Shown: piece after piece, positions 7,551 to 16,410 of the stretch
How the letters are laid out: each line of letters opens with the position of its first letter
Position numbering within the stretch: position 1 is the first letter of the stretch
Assembly (NCBI GenBank): GCA_049424145.1
Contig: JBMSSC010000039.1
Coordinates: forward strand, 1-20,170
Length of the DNA stretch: 20,170 bases
Source of the DNA: Bdellovibrionia bacterium
Lineage (GTDB): Bacteria; Bdellovibrionota; UBA1018
Direction: 5' to 3'
Notes under the pieces: model-generated
Seen by the model: the letters and a program-made list of their open reading frames with translations, nothing else
Told to the model about the DNA's origin: nothing
The model's database searches: none
Program-made: the position numbers and the translations under genes

Positions 7551-8115
7551 GGAGCCCCTCCTTTAAGTCTTCATTGACGGAAGGAGGTAGCTTGGGGCCA
7601 AGCCATGTTTTAAGTAGAGTTTCAGAAAAGGCTCCAAGCGGGGTCTCCATCTTCAGTTGCCCCGAGACGAAGAGTTGGAAGTGGGTCCGCGTGAACACAT
7701 AGCTCATCTCCCCTCCTTTTTCCATTCCCTCCAAAGAAGCTAAGAACTTTTGAACCTCAGGTGCGATAGCCGCACAGGAGGACTCACAGAGAAATTGCAG
7801 ATTCTTCTCCCAAGCCTCCCGAATGTCCTTTACACCTACGGACCTGAGGAATTTAAGGAGGATTTTCTTTGGCTCCCGGGACTTTATAATCTGAGCTGAA
7901 TGAGAAGAAGGCTCCAGCAAATAAAGACCTGCTGCGTAGACTTGAATCTTAAAAATCGTAGCCTTTCTAAAGCCTACTCCATTGAGAACCAGCGTTTGAC
8001 CTCCTACTTGTTGCCGCTCCGAAAAGCTCACCCCATCCAAAGTAAAAGCAAAACAATTTAAACTAAATAAAAAGAATAAAATAAATTGAAGTCTTGTGTG
8101 TTTTATGTATCTCAT
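7528..8115 (-). CDS. Secreted chalcone isomerase-like fold protein
   Basis: Signal peptide MRYIKHTRLQFILFFLFSLNCFA, then LVLNGVGFRKATIFKIQVYAAGLYL...LLKTWLGPK, typical of the bacterial chalcone-isomerase-like family. Start moved to ATG 8115. It overlaps the permease 3' end convergently by 23 bp. Confidence 0.85.
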   Translation of the reverse strand: MRYIKHTRLQFILFFLFSLNCFAFTLDGVSFSERQQVGGQTLVLNGVGFRKATIFKIQVYAAGLYLLEPSSHSAQIIKSREPKKILLKFLRSVGVKDIREAWEKNLQFLCESSCAAIAPEVQKFLASLEGMEKGGEMSYVFTRTHFQLFVSGQLKMETPLGAFSETLLKTWLGPKLPPSVNEDLKEGLLKGGGLG

Positions 8116-8184
8116 TGATAAAGCAAAGGTATTATAAAACCCGCAATCTGCCAAGAAGAGATCAGAAATAGCAACCAGAAAAGT

Positions 8185-8212
8185 TTGCATCAACCAAAAA
8201 TACCGATATAAT
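8185..8212 (+). promoter_or_regulatory. sigma70 promoter, probably giving a leaderless transcript of the HD-domain gene
   Basis: TTGCAT (8185-8190), 16 nt, perfect TATAAT (8207-8212), 7 nt, ATG 8220. No Shine-Dalgarno. Confidence 0.55.
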
Positions 8213-8219
8213 TATATGA

Positions 8220-9623
8220 ATGGGCCTGAATTCTGAACTCAGCACTGAAACTTCTTCTTTTCACGAGTTAATGTCGATCCTTAAGAACTGCCTCATGGAA
8301 GGCTCAAAGCCCACTTCTGACGCTCAAATCGAAAATTTAAGTATTCTCATTCATACTTGCATGACTCAACGAAGGCGCCGTTACCATTCTCTACCCCATG
8401 TATTTGAGATCGGCAAGGGCGCACCCCGATTAGAGCAACTTGCTATTTTATTTCATGATATTATTTACTTTCCAGTTGACAAAAAGATCCACCCTATTCT
8501 CAAGCCTTATTTAAAAAATATTGAAATTGCAGAGAAAACTTTTCATATCACTCTACCCGACCCCAAGACATCGGATCAACCTCAGTTGCTTCAGCTGACT
8601 TATCAAATCTTTGGACTCTCCTCTGGACAAACGCTTGTTGCAACGAGCGGAGAAAATGAATTCTTAAGCGCGCTGCTTGCTGCGCGAGTCTTAGAGCCTC
8701 ACCTTGACACTTGGGACCTGGTTTCAGTCTTAGCGGGCATTGAAGCCACGATCCCATTTCGATCCCTCAATGCCCACGGATTAAACCCGCCTGAGGCTTT
8801 AGCTCAGCGTTTAAAGTCGCTCAACACTTCACTCAATCTTGGGAAGACACAAAACGAGATCGATGCAGTCGTACAGGTCGCTGTCAACGTTGCCAATCGA
8901 GACGTCAAGGGTTTTGCCTCAGACGATCCCGGACACTTCTTAAGCCAAACCTGGGAGCTCATCTTAGAGGGCAACCCGATTTTTAGAGATCCTTTGTATA
9001 CGATTTTTCAATACCGCGTTGCGCTTCAAAAGATGGAAGGCTTCTTCTCGTCGCTAAAAACTGGGGTGATTTTTAGACAGTACTTCAACCATCCTGATCC
9101 TGAGACTTACGATCTCATGATTAAAAAAGCTCAATCGAACCTTGCAACAGGCGTCAACTACATCCAAGTTCAGCTTTTGGCCTTAAGCATCTTTGAAGCC
9201 TTAGCTCTGCTCTCCGGGGGAGACTGCCCCTTGGTCCTGTTTCGGGGAGAAATCCCAAGCGAAACCCACTTCAAAAGCTCTCGCTTAGGGCTTTACCTCG
9301 ACTCCACCATCCCGATTGCTCCTAACTCTGCTCAACACCCGATGGTACTTAAACTCCTCGTCCACGGAAGAAAATCCCCCGATGGATTTGATTTTCTTCA
9401 CTCCACCCTGGGCGCCTATTTGTATGAGCGACTTTCTGAGAAGGATCTTCAATTTTTTATCCAAAAATCAAAGAACCTTTTTTCAGGACAACTCAGTCCC
9501 GTAGAGTTTTTAAAACTCTTTCCCCGCACCCTCATGCACAAAATCATTGAAGCCGCCATCAACTTGGCTTGGAGCCGAAAAACTCAACTCAGCTCGCTGC
9601 TCACCCTCTTCTCCCATCACTAG
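8220..9623 (+). CDS. Hypothetical protein with HD-superfamily metal-binding motifs
   Basis: 467 aa ORF with RRYHSLPH...AILFHDIIY, ENEFLSA, IEAT and ANRDVKGF, matching the H...HD...D arrangement of COG4339-like HD phosphohydrolases, plus a long C-terminal extension. Confidence 0.7.
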   Translation: MGLNSELSTETSSFHELMSILKNCLMEGSKPTSDAQIENLSILIHTCMTQRRRRYHSLPHVFEIGKGAPRLEQLAILFHDIIYFPVDKKIHPILKPYLKNIEIAEKTFHITLPDPKTSDQPQLLQLTYQIFGLSSGQTLVATSGENEFLSALLAARVLEPHLDTWDLVSVLAGIEATIPFRSLNAHGLNPPEALAQRLKSLNTSLNLGKTQNEIDAVVQVAVNVANRDVKGFASDDPGHFLSQTWELILEGNPIFRDPLYTIFQYRVALQKMEGFFSSLKTGVIFRQYFNHPDPETYDLMIKKAQSNLATGVNYIQVQLLALSIFEALALLSGGDCPLVLFRGEIPSETHFKSSRLGLYLDSTIPIAPNSAQHPMVLKLLVHGRKSPDGFDFLHSTLGAYLYERLSEKDLQFFIQKSKNLFSGQLSPVEFLKLFPRTLMHKIIEAAINLAWSRKTQLSSLLTLFSHH

Positions 9624-9669
9624 ACTTTGTTTCTTTCTCTGAGAATGATTCCCAATCCTGTTTTGCTGC

Positions 9670-9686
9670 TTGGCTTTGCAATTGCA
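9670..9686 (+). promoter_or_regulatory. sigma54 (RpoN) -24/-12 promoter
   Basis: TTGGCTTTGCAATTGCA equals TGGC-N7-TTGCA with canonical GG/GC spacing, about 60 nt upstream of ATG 9745. Confidence 0.6.
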
Positions 9687-9744
9687 TCATCAAAAAGCCT
9701 AAAGCCATCCAATCATGGAGAGGCTTGACCTACAGGAGAAGAAA

Positions 9745-10149
9745 ATGAAAACACCCTTATCGCAATCCAAAGACGCAAAATTGGCCTTAGACTACTATGC
9801 TTCCAAACTCGCCTTTTCAGCGAGTCCTGGGGAACTAAAAGAATACCTGGAGCGCGGTGAAAAAGTGGCAGTATATGACTTAAGAAAGAAAGAAGACTTC
9901 GTCAAAGGACATATTCCTGGAGCAATTCATCTTCCTGAGTCCGATTGGTACTCTTATAAAGGTCTCTCAAAAGACGGCACAGCTCTGCTCTATGGCTACT
10001 CGGGAGATTGCAATTTAGCGGCTAAGGCGGGCTATCACTTTGCAGAAAACGGTTTTGCCACCATGGAACTCAAAGGAGGCTTTGACGCTTGGAAGGGTGG
10101 CAACTACGCCATCGAAGGCTCCTATTCAGAAGCAAAAAAATACGCCTAA
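9745..10149 (+). CDS. Rhodanese-like domain protein
   Basis: YDLRKKEDFVKGHIPGAIHLP and MELKGGFDAWK. AGGAG RBS at 9734-9738 favours ATG 9745. Confidence 0.9.
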   Translation: MKTPLSQSKDAKLALDYYASKLAFSASPGELKEYLERGEKVAVYDLRKKEDFVKGHIPGAIHLPESDWYSYKGLSKDGTALLYGYSGDCNLAAKAGYHFAENGFATMELKGGFDAWKGGNYAIEGSYSEAKKYA

Positions 10150-10166
10150 AAAGCACCCATCCCGAT

Positions 10167-10266
10167 GCATTCAGGCGCAACACACCACTGAGCCCTCCTC
10201 CTGAGAGCTTGAACCCAGCAGATCTCTGCTTTTGACTAGTTCTCAGGAAGGGGTTGCGCCTGATGC
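10167..10266. other. 100-nt nested inverted-repeat structure between convergent genes
   Basis: Stems: 10171-10181 with 10253-10263 (11 bp perfect); 10199-10209 with 10238-10248 (11 bp, one G-U); apical AGCAG-ATCT-CTGCT (10217-10230) followed by TTT. Confidence 0.65.
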
Positions 10267-10325
10267 TCGCTTTCCTCTTCACTTCCACCCCAAAAGTCCC
10301 CTCGCCTGAAACCACCCTCATCTGT

Positions 10326-11135
10326 TCACCCGGAGAGCAACACAATCTCCCGAACCCAGAAGCGGTTCTCCTGAATCTCCCACTTCACATCCCAATCCAG
10401 GAGCTGAAACCCATAGCAAGTACCAAAAGAACTCGGACTTGAGCTTGGCAGTTTTCTCTTCTGAAACGCCGGTCGGGGATCTAACTCTAAAATCTGGACA
10501 ATCAAAGTTTCAAGATCACAAGAAGGCGACTCCGTTGCTGTTTTTTTTAATTGCAAAAGGACATCCCGCGCACGATCAGAAAACTCAACAGGGACTTTTT
10601 CAATCGGTTCCTGAGCCCATCCGGACTGAGCATCTCCAATCGAATCAGCATAAGGAAGATAGGGCTTAATATCCAGCACCGGTGTTCCATCTAAAAAATC
10701 CACACCGCTTAAATGAAGCTCCACACCGCCAGGAGCCTCCCAATCAATCCGCTCTAACTTCACAGCTGAAAGGCCAATGGGATTAGGACGATGAGGCGAG
10801 CGAGACGCTAAGACGCCCACTTTCTTTGCCCCTCCGAGTCGGGGCGGACGGATTTGGGGCTTCCAATTTTTTGCATCGTGCCGATGAAAAACAAAGATCA
10901 CCCACAGATGACTAAAACCTTCAAGCCCTCGAACAGACGCCTTAAAAAACGGATGGTCCTTGAGCTTAAGAACGCCCGTTGAACTTAAGACAAGGCCCGG
11001 CTGTCTGGGGATCCCAAACTTCTCTTTAAAGCAGGTACTTAAGGTCCCAATGGCCTCAAACGAGCCCTGCCAGGGCTGATGAACTGCGGGAATGAAGGAC
11101 TTTTTTAACACCACAGACTTATATTCTGGACTCAA
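10326..11135 (-). CDS. trmO: tRNA (N6-threonylcarbamoyladenosine(37)-N6)-methyltransferase TrmO/TsaA
   Basis: FKEKFGIPRQPGLV, GLEGFSHLWVIFVFH, RPPRLGG, SRSPHRPNPIGLS, DGTPVLDIKPYLPYADS and DPRPAF. The start is uncertain: TTG 11135 was chosen, while the ORF track begins at 11246 inside ileS. Confidence 0.92.
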   Translation of the reverse strand: MSPEYKSVVLKKSFIPAVHQPWQGSFEAIGTLSTCFKEKFGIPRQPGLVLSSTGVLKLKDHPFFKASVRGLEGFSHLWVIFVFHRHDAKNWKPQIRPPRLGGAKKVGVLASRSPHRPNPIGLSAVKLERIDWEAPGGVELHLSGVDFLDGTPVLDIKPYLPYADSIGDAQSGWAQEPIEKVPVEFSDRARDVLLQLKKTATESPSCDLETLIVQILELDPRPAFQKRKLPSSSPSSFGTCYGFQLLDWDVKWEIQENRFWVREIVLLSG

Positions 11136-14100
11136 CCGCCCCCGATGCGCCGCGATCCTGCCTGGGGCAAACCGTGATTCCAATGCCCACGTTCTGATCC
11201 TCCACCTGAGCCTGCTCCACAAACTGCCCTTGTGGGGAATCCGCAAAAGCCAGCTCCAAGATGAGTGCTTCGGATTGAATCATGGCTTGATGCTCCAACA
11301 CAGCTTGCTTCAACGCCCCCGTGCAGCTGAGCTGCACCTGGATTCGGTCATCCAAAATTAAGTCCGCATTTTTTCTTGCGGCCTGAATTTTTCTTAAAAC
11401 CTCACGCGCGAGCCCCTCTTCAATTTGAGCCGGAGTCACCGTGGGATCCACCTGAATTGAGACGTGCGGATGAATCATGAGATTGGCGTTCTCTCCCTTG
11501 GAGGCACGCCGAATCTGAAGGTCCGAAAGCTGAAGTGAAATACCTTCCACCTCAAGAGACTGCCCTTGCTCAAGCTTCAGGATCTGCTCGACCGACAACC
11601 GCTCAATAGCCTGAGACACAACCTTCATCTTAGGTCCCAGCTTCGGTCCCAGAACCGGGAAGTTCGCTTTTGCCGAAATCTGAACGTAACGATCCTCATC
11701 GGAGTCGTATTGAATCTTCTGAATATTGAGTTCATCCTGAAAATAAGGCTCAAAGCGCTTTAACGTCTCTAAGACTTGAACATCACGGTGAATGATGGTC
11801 ATGGATTGAAGGGGGATCTTTGCCTTCACCGAAATCTTCTCCCGGTACAGTCGCCCTAAGAGAACAAGGGCCTCCATCACTTGAACGGCCTCCTCCAGAT
11901 CGGGACGTAAGAACTCAGGATGAGCGGTGGGGAAACTCTCTAAATGCACGCTGAGTCGGCGATCGGCCAGCACTTGCGAGAGGTTTTGATAAGTCTCCTC
12001 AGCCATAAACGGAGCAAAGGGGGCCATGAGGCGACTGAGCGTGATGAGGGTTTCATACAGCGTCTCAAACGCAAGTCGCTTATCCTCAGGCATACCCGAT
12101 TGCCAAAAATGACCGCGATTAAATCGAATGTAAGTATTGGTGAGATCCTCAATGAATCGAAGGAGAGCGGGAACCACATGATACAATCGATAAGCGGACA
12201 TCTCTTTTTGGGTTAACTCAATGAGTCCGTGCAAACGAGAGAGCAACCATTGATCTAAAATATTGGTGGAACGTGAGGCATCTCCCTGAGGCCTAAAGCG
12301 ATCCACATTGGCGTAGTTGATGAAAAAGGAATAGGAATTCCACCAACGCAACAGAATCTTTCGAACGACATCTTTGACGCCCGTCTCGGAGAATCTGAGT
12401 TCCTGTGCTTTAACGACCGGAGAATCAATCAAGTAGAGTCTCAGTGCATCCGCCCCGTGGCGCTCTAAAACCTCCATCGGATCAGGATAGTTCTTTAAAC
12501 TTTTGCTCATTTTCTTGCCATCTTCAGCTAGAATGAGCCCATTGACGATCACGTTTTTAAACGGAGCTTGATCAAAAAGTGCCGTCCCAATCACCATCAA
12601 CGTGTAGAACCAACCTCGGGTCTGATCCAGTCCCTCGGCAATAAAATCGGCTGGAAAGTTCTTTTTAAACTCCTCTGCATGGGTGTACGGATACCCCCAC
12701 TGAGCATAGGGCATGGAGCCGCTTTCAAACCAGCAATCAAGCACCCCTTGAACTCGCTTTAAGGGACTCTTCCCCGTCGGCGATGGAATTTGAATCGAAT
12801 CCACGCGGTCAATATGGAGATCCAAGACCTCTTCTCCCGACAAGGCCTCCAGCTCCTGACGAGACCCCACACAAATCACTTCGCCCTCTGGGTTCTTCCA
12901 AATGGGAAGCGGTGTACCCCAGAAACGATTACGGGAGATCGCCCAGTCCCGAGCATTCTCAAGCCAATTTCCAAAGCGCCCGTCCCTTAAATGCTCAGGA
13001 ATCCAGTGCGTGGTTTGATTATTTTGAACAATCGACTTCTTGATCTTCTCCACGGCCACAAACCAACTGGAGACGGCCCGATAAATCAGGGGCGTATCGG
13101 TTCGCCAGCAGTAGGGATAACTATGAACCAAGGTGTCTTGCTTAAACAGTTTGCCCGACTTTTTCAGCTCTAAAATCAGATCTTTATCCGCATCTTTGAC
13201 GCGCCGACCTTGAAACGAAGGCACCTCAGCGGTGAACATCCCATCATCATCGACGGGGTTCACAAGCTCGATGCCTTCTTTTTGACAGGCGTAGAAGTCC
13301 TCTTCCCCAAAGGCTGGGGCGATATGAACCACACCCGTTCCGCTGTCCGTGGTGACGTGCGAGGAGGGAATCACACGAAACGCTCCTTGCGCTTTTCTTG
13401 AGGCAAAGAAGGGAAACAAAGGCTCATACGTTCGCCCCAACAGCTCCGATACGGAAATGGGGGTGATCTGCGCGAGTTCTTCTTTGGGGTTTTTAAACGA
13501 TCGACTCAGGAGGGCCTCGGCCAGAATGTAGGAATGGCCTGAGCTCTTTTCTTGGACCTTCACGTAGGAAATCTCAGGGCCAATGGCTAACGCTAAGTTC
13601 GAGGGCAGGGTCCAAGGGGTGGTCGTCCAAGCCAAAATCCAAGTGTCAGGCTCTCCATCGAGCTGAAACTTGACCGTAACGGCCGGATCCTGGACCTCTT
13701 TGTAATTCAGATTGGCTTCAAAATTGGAAAGCGGTGTGGACAAACCCATCGAATACGGCACGACTTTGTAGCCTTCATAGATGAGTCCTTTTTTCCAAAG
13801 CTCTTGAAACACCCACCACACACTCTGCATGAAACTGACGTCCATGGTGAAGTAAGCATGGTCCATGTCGACCCAACGGCCGACGCGGCGAATGGTTTTT
13901 TTCCACTCCTGTGAGTAGCGCTGGACAATGGAGCGGCACGCAGCGTTGTATTTGGCCTCCCCCATCTCTAAAATCTGCTTTCGACTCTCCAGCCGATAGG
14001 TTTTATTGATCTCGTACTCCACGGGAAGTCCGTGGCAATCCCACCCGAAGCGACGGGGCACGCGGTAGCCTTGCATGGTCCAATAGCGCGGCACGATGTC

Positions 14101-14337
14101 TTTTAAAATCCCGGCTAATAGGTGGCCATAATGCGGTAATCCGGTCGCAAATGGAGGGCCATCGTAAAAGCTATACGAAGGCACTTCTTTTTGCCCGGGG
14201 GAGCGAGGAGATGGGTTTAGCGTTTTTTGAAAGACCTGGTGCTCATCCCAAAAGTCGAGGATCTTTTCTTCTAATTTTGGGAGTTGAACATCGGGCTTTA
14301 CCGGGAGAAACGGTTCTGGGGTCAATGCAGCGCTCAT
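11119..14337 (-). CDS. ileS: Isoleucine--tRNA ligase, type 2 (archaeal/eukaryote-like)
   Basis: DGPPFATGLPHYGH, GWDCHGLP, AWTTTPWTLPSN, DWAISRNRFWGTP, EGLDQTRGWF and KMSKS. It has a long type-2 C-terminus without the IleRS1 zinc finger. ATG 14337 is preferred. Confidence 0.98.
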   Translation of the reverse strand: MSAALTPEPFLPVKPDVQLPKLEEKILDFWDEHQVFQKTLNPSPRSPGQKEVPSYSFYDGPPFATGLPHYGHLLAGILKDIVPRYWTMQGYRVPRRFGWDCHGLPVEYEINKTYRLESRKQILEMGEAKYNAACRSIVQRYSQEWKKTIRRVGRWVDMDHAYFTMDVSFMQSVWWVFQELWKKGLIYEGYKVVPYSMGLSTPLSNFEANLNYKEVQDPAVTVKFQLDGEPDTWILAWTTTPWTLPSNLALAIGPEISYVKVQEKSSGHSYILAEALLSRSFKNPKEELAQITPISVSELLGRTYEPLFPFFASRKAQGAFRVIPSSHVTTDSGTGVVHIAPAFGEEDFYACQKEGIELVNPVDDDGMFTAEVPSFQGRRVKDADKDLILELKKSGKLFKQDTLVHSYPYCWRTDTPLIYRAVSSWFVAVEKIKKSIVQNNQTTHWIPEHLRDGRFGNWLENARDWAISRNRFWGTPLPIWKNPEGEVICVGSRQELEALSGEEVLDLHIDRVDSIQIPSPTGKSPLKRVQGVLDCWFESGSMPYAQWGYPYTHAEEFKKNFPADFIAEGLDQTRGWFYTLMVIGTALFDQAPFKNVIVNGLILAEDGKKMSKSLKNYPDPMEVLERHGADALRLYLIDSPVVKAQELRFSETGVKDVVRKILLRWWNSYSFFINYANVDRFRPQGDASRSTNILDQWLLSRLHGLIELTQKEMSAYRLYHVVPALLRFIEDLTNTYIRFNRGHFWQSGMPEDKRLAFETLYETLITLSRLMAPFAPFMAEETYQNLSQVLADRRLSVHLESFPTAHPEFLRPDLEEAVQVMEALVLLGRLYREKISVKAKIPLQSMTIIHRDVQVLETLKRFEPYFQDELNIQKIQYDSDEDRYVQISAKANFPVLGPKLGPKMKVVSQAIERLSVEQILKLEQGQSLEVEGISLQLSDLQIRRASKGENANLMIHPHVSIQVDPTVTPAQIEEGLAREVLRKIQAARKNADLILDDRIQVQLSCTGALKQAVLEHQAMIQSEALILELAFADSPQGQFVEQAQVEDQNVGIGITVCPRQDRGASGAVESRI

Positions 14338-14348
14338 AGGTAGGAGCG

Positions 14349-14377
14349 AACCTATCAAAACCCCCGAGCGAAAGCAA
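14349..14377 (-). promoter_or_regulatory. Candidate sigma70 promoter for ileS-trmO
   Basis: Minus strand TTGCTT (14377-14372), 17 nt ending in TGA, TAGGTT (14354-14349), i.e. an extended -10 box. It lies 11 nt before ATG 14337 with no clear SD. Confidence 0.45.
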
Positions 14378-14394
14378 TGAACTCAGAATTGGGG

Positions 14395-16410
14395 CTACTT
14401 GGGATCGAGGTTAAATCGCTGCCACCCGAGAGCCGACAAGAGGCGCTCTCCTTCGTAGGAGGGTAACTCATCTAAACCCTCCGTAGGATAAAGCTTTCGG
14501 TACCAATAATAATTGCGCGCAATGGACGTCACATAGTCGCGAGTTTCTTGAATGGGCAGAGAGTCAATAAATAGCAGGGCTTCCTCAATGGGGTAGCGGT
14601 TCAACCAGGATTTCAGCCTCTGAGGCCCTGCATTGTAAGCGGCTAAGGCCAAATCAATTCGGCCACCAAAGCTTTTTTCTAAGAATTTAAAGTACTTAAC
14701 GCCGAGCTTTAAATTGATCTGAGGATTTAAGAGCTGCTTTTTAATGACCCTCCCCCACTGCCTTGCCGTATTGTACTGAAGCTGCATGAGACCATGGGCT
14801 CCGGCGGGACTGCTGGCTTGCTCATCAAAAGCGCTTTCTTGACGAATCAGGGAGAGCACCAAATAAGGATCCATCTGGGTTCTTAGATTTTGAATGTGAT
14901 TAAAAAAGCCCATCGGGTACATGAGCTTCAGGGTTGAGGCCGTGATGAGTTGAGGATCCTGTCGAAATGCGGCAGCAAGCACTTGAAAACTCTGCGCCCT
15001 CTCTCCCAATCGCTGAAAAACGACTGCCCAGTAAAGCTGAAAGGGGAGCTCCGCTTTTTGAAGTTCAGGCAAATAAACTCTCAGCAGTTGCGTGGCCATC
15101 CCTCTCTGATTGCGCTGAATCAAAAGTTCAGCATCCCGCATCACTCGGGACAGGGTCTGATCACGGGATTGAGTGCGAAACCAAATCTCAGGATCCTTGG
15201 GCTGAAGGGTGAAGGCCGCCTGCGGGGATTGGCTAATGGTCAATAAAGCATGCAAACTTAGAGGGTACTGACTCCTCAGATGCGCTCGCAGTTGATCGCG
15301 AAGCTCTTTTTGTCCCAATTGTTCGGCGCACACAGACTTCCAGTACTCCACTCGAATTTGATAGTCTGAAGAGGCAGAGGACAACGGCGCCTCTGGAATT
15401 TCATTGAGGAGTTTCTGAGCGCCTGCAAAGTTCTTCTCCCAAATCTCAAATAAACCCAGCCGATAGCCTGAGACCACAGAAGCAAACCCACTGCGACACT
15501 GAAACGCTCTCTGATAAAGGGATTGGGCTCGTTTCTTGGACTGACCATCGGGAAACTCCGCTTCAAAGCGCAGGCCAAGTGCCACTTGTAACACACTCAG
15601 GGAGCAATCCTCCTGGGCCACCCATCGGTCCGAAAGGGCCTCCATGACCTCCATGGATCTGATGCCCTGAACTGCAGGAACCAATTCACCGTACGTCATG
15701 GTGCGTGCCACATCCAAGATCTTAGAGAAGTCTTTGTGCTTGACGGCATGGGTGAAGTCCTTGAGTCTTTCTTTTCGCCGTGCGCGCTCCATTTTATCGT
15801 AAGCACTCGTATTTTTATAATGAATGTCCAAAATCCAAGGACACAAAACATGGGTTGAGTCAGCCTGCCGACAACGGTTTTGAATCGCTTTGACTAAAGA
15901 CGGTGAGGAGAAGCGCTTTCGAACCGAGATAAAATCCTGAACTTCCTGCTCCCCTTCAGCTAAAAAACTGGGAGAGTCCTGAGAGAGCCCCGTCAGGGTG
16001 GTATTCTTGGACGTCTGGACTTCGATCAACTGAGACAGAGTCAACGCTGGGGGTTCAGAAGGAGAAGAAGGAGAATCAGAAGAAGACGCAGAGCCGACGG
16101 TGACCCCATTTGAAGCCGTCGATGAGGTCGAAGACAAGGTCACTTTCGCAGAAGAGGAGGCAAGCTCAACTAGGGCACCCCCTTCCATTCGCTGGGCTGA
16201 GGCATGACTCAGACCCCCCATCAAAAATGAAACACTGAAGAAGGAACAAATAAAACTCTGCTGAACTCGATGCTTACTCCACCTCTTGGGTCGTGCGCTT
16301 GACTGAGGCGCGAGAAGGCGCCACTTGGCGAGTTTTTTTCGATCGACGCCCCTGGGAGCTCTCCCATCCCACCCTAGGTTCCTCTGCTGGAATTCGATGT
16401 GCTTGGCCAT
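14395..16410 (-). CDS. Soluble lytic murein transglycosylase (Slt family) with a helical N-terminal region
   Basis: C-terminal SLT domain: LIRQESAF, AGAHGLMQL, ALAAYNAGP, ETRDYV. N-terminal hydrophobic segment ending ASA, then a Ser-rich linker. The start codon is uncertain. Confidence 0.88.
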   Translation of the reverse strand: MAKHIEFQQRNLGWDGRAPRGVDRKKLAKWRLLAPQSSARPKRWSKHRVQQSFICSFFSVSFLMGGLSHASAQRMEGGALVELASSSAKVTLSSTSSTASNGVTVGSASSSDSPSSPSEPPALTLSQLIEVQTSKNTTLTGLSQDSPSFLAEGEQEVQDFISVRKRFSSPSLVKAIQNRCRQADSTHVLCPWILDIHYKNTSAYDKMERARRKERLKDFTHAVKHKDFSKILDVARTMTYGELVPAVQGIRSMEVMEALSDRWVAQEDCSLSVLQVALGLRFEAEFPDGQSKKRAQSLYQRAFQCRSGFASVVSGYRLGLFEIWEKNFAGAQKLLNEIPEAPLSSASSDYQIRVEYWKSVCAEQLGQKELRDQLRAHLRSQYPLSLHALLTISQSPQAAFTLQPKDPEIWFRTQSRDQTLSRVMRDAELLIQRNQRGMATQLLRVYLPELQKAELPFQLYWAVVFQRLGERAQSFQVLAAAFRQDPQLITASTLKLMYPMGFFNHIQNLRTQMDPYLVLSLIRQESAFDEQASSPAGAHGLMQLQYNTARQWGRVIKKQLLNPQINLKLGVKYFKFLEKSFGGRIDLALAAYNAGPQRLKSWLNRYPIEEALLFIDSLPIQETRDYVTSIARNYYWYRKLYPTEGLDELPSYEGERLLSALGWQRFNLDPK

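Noticed and set aside
10167..10266. SRP RNA or 6S RNA
   Set aside because: No CAGG-CC-GGAA-GG-AGCAGC SRP domain IV motif on either strand. It is too short and wrongly arranged for 6S despite containing CTTGAACC.
16055..16165. AGAAG-rich short repeats
   Set aside because: They encode the Ser/Pro-rich linker of the transglycosylase and are not an independent repeat array.
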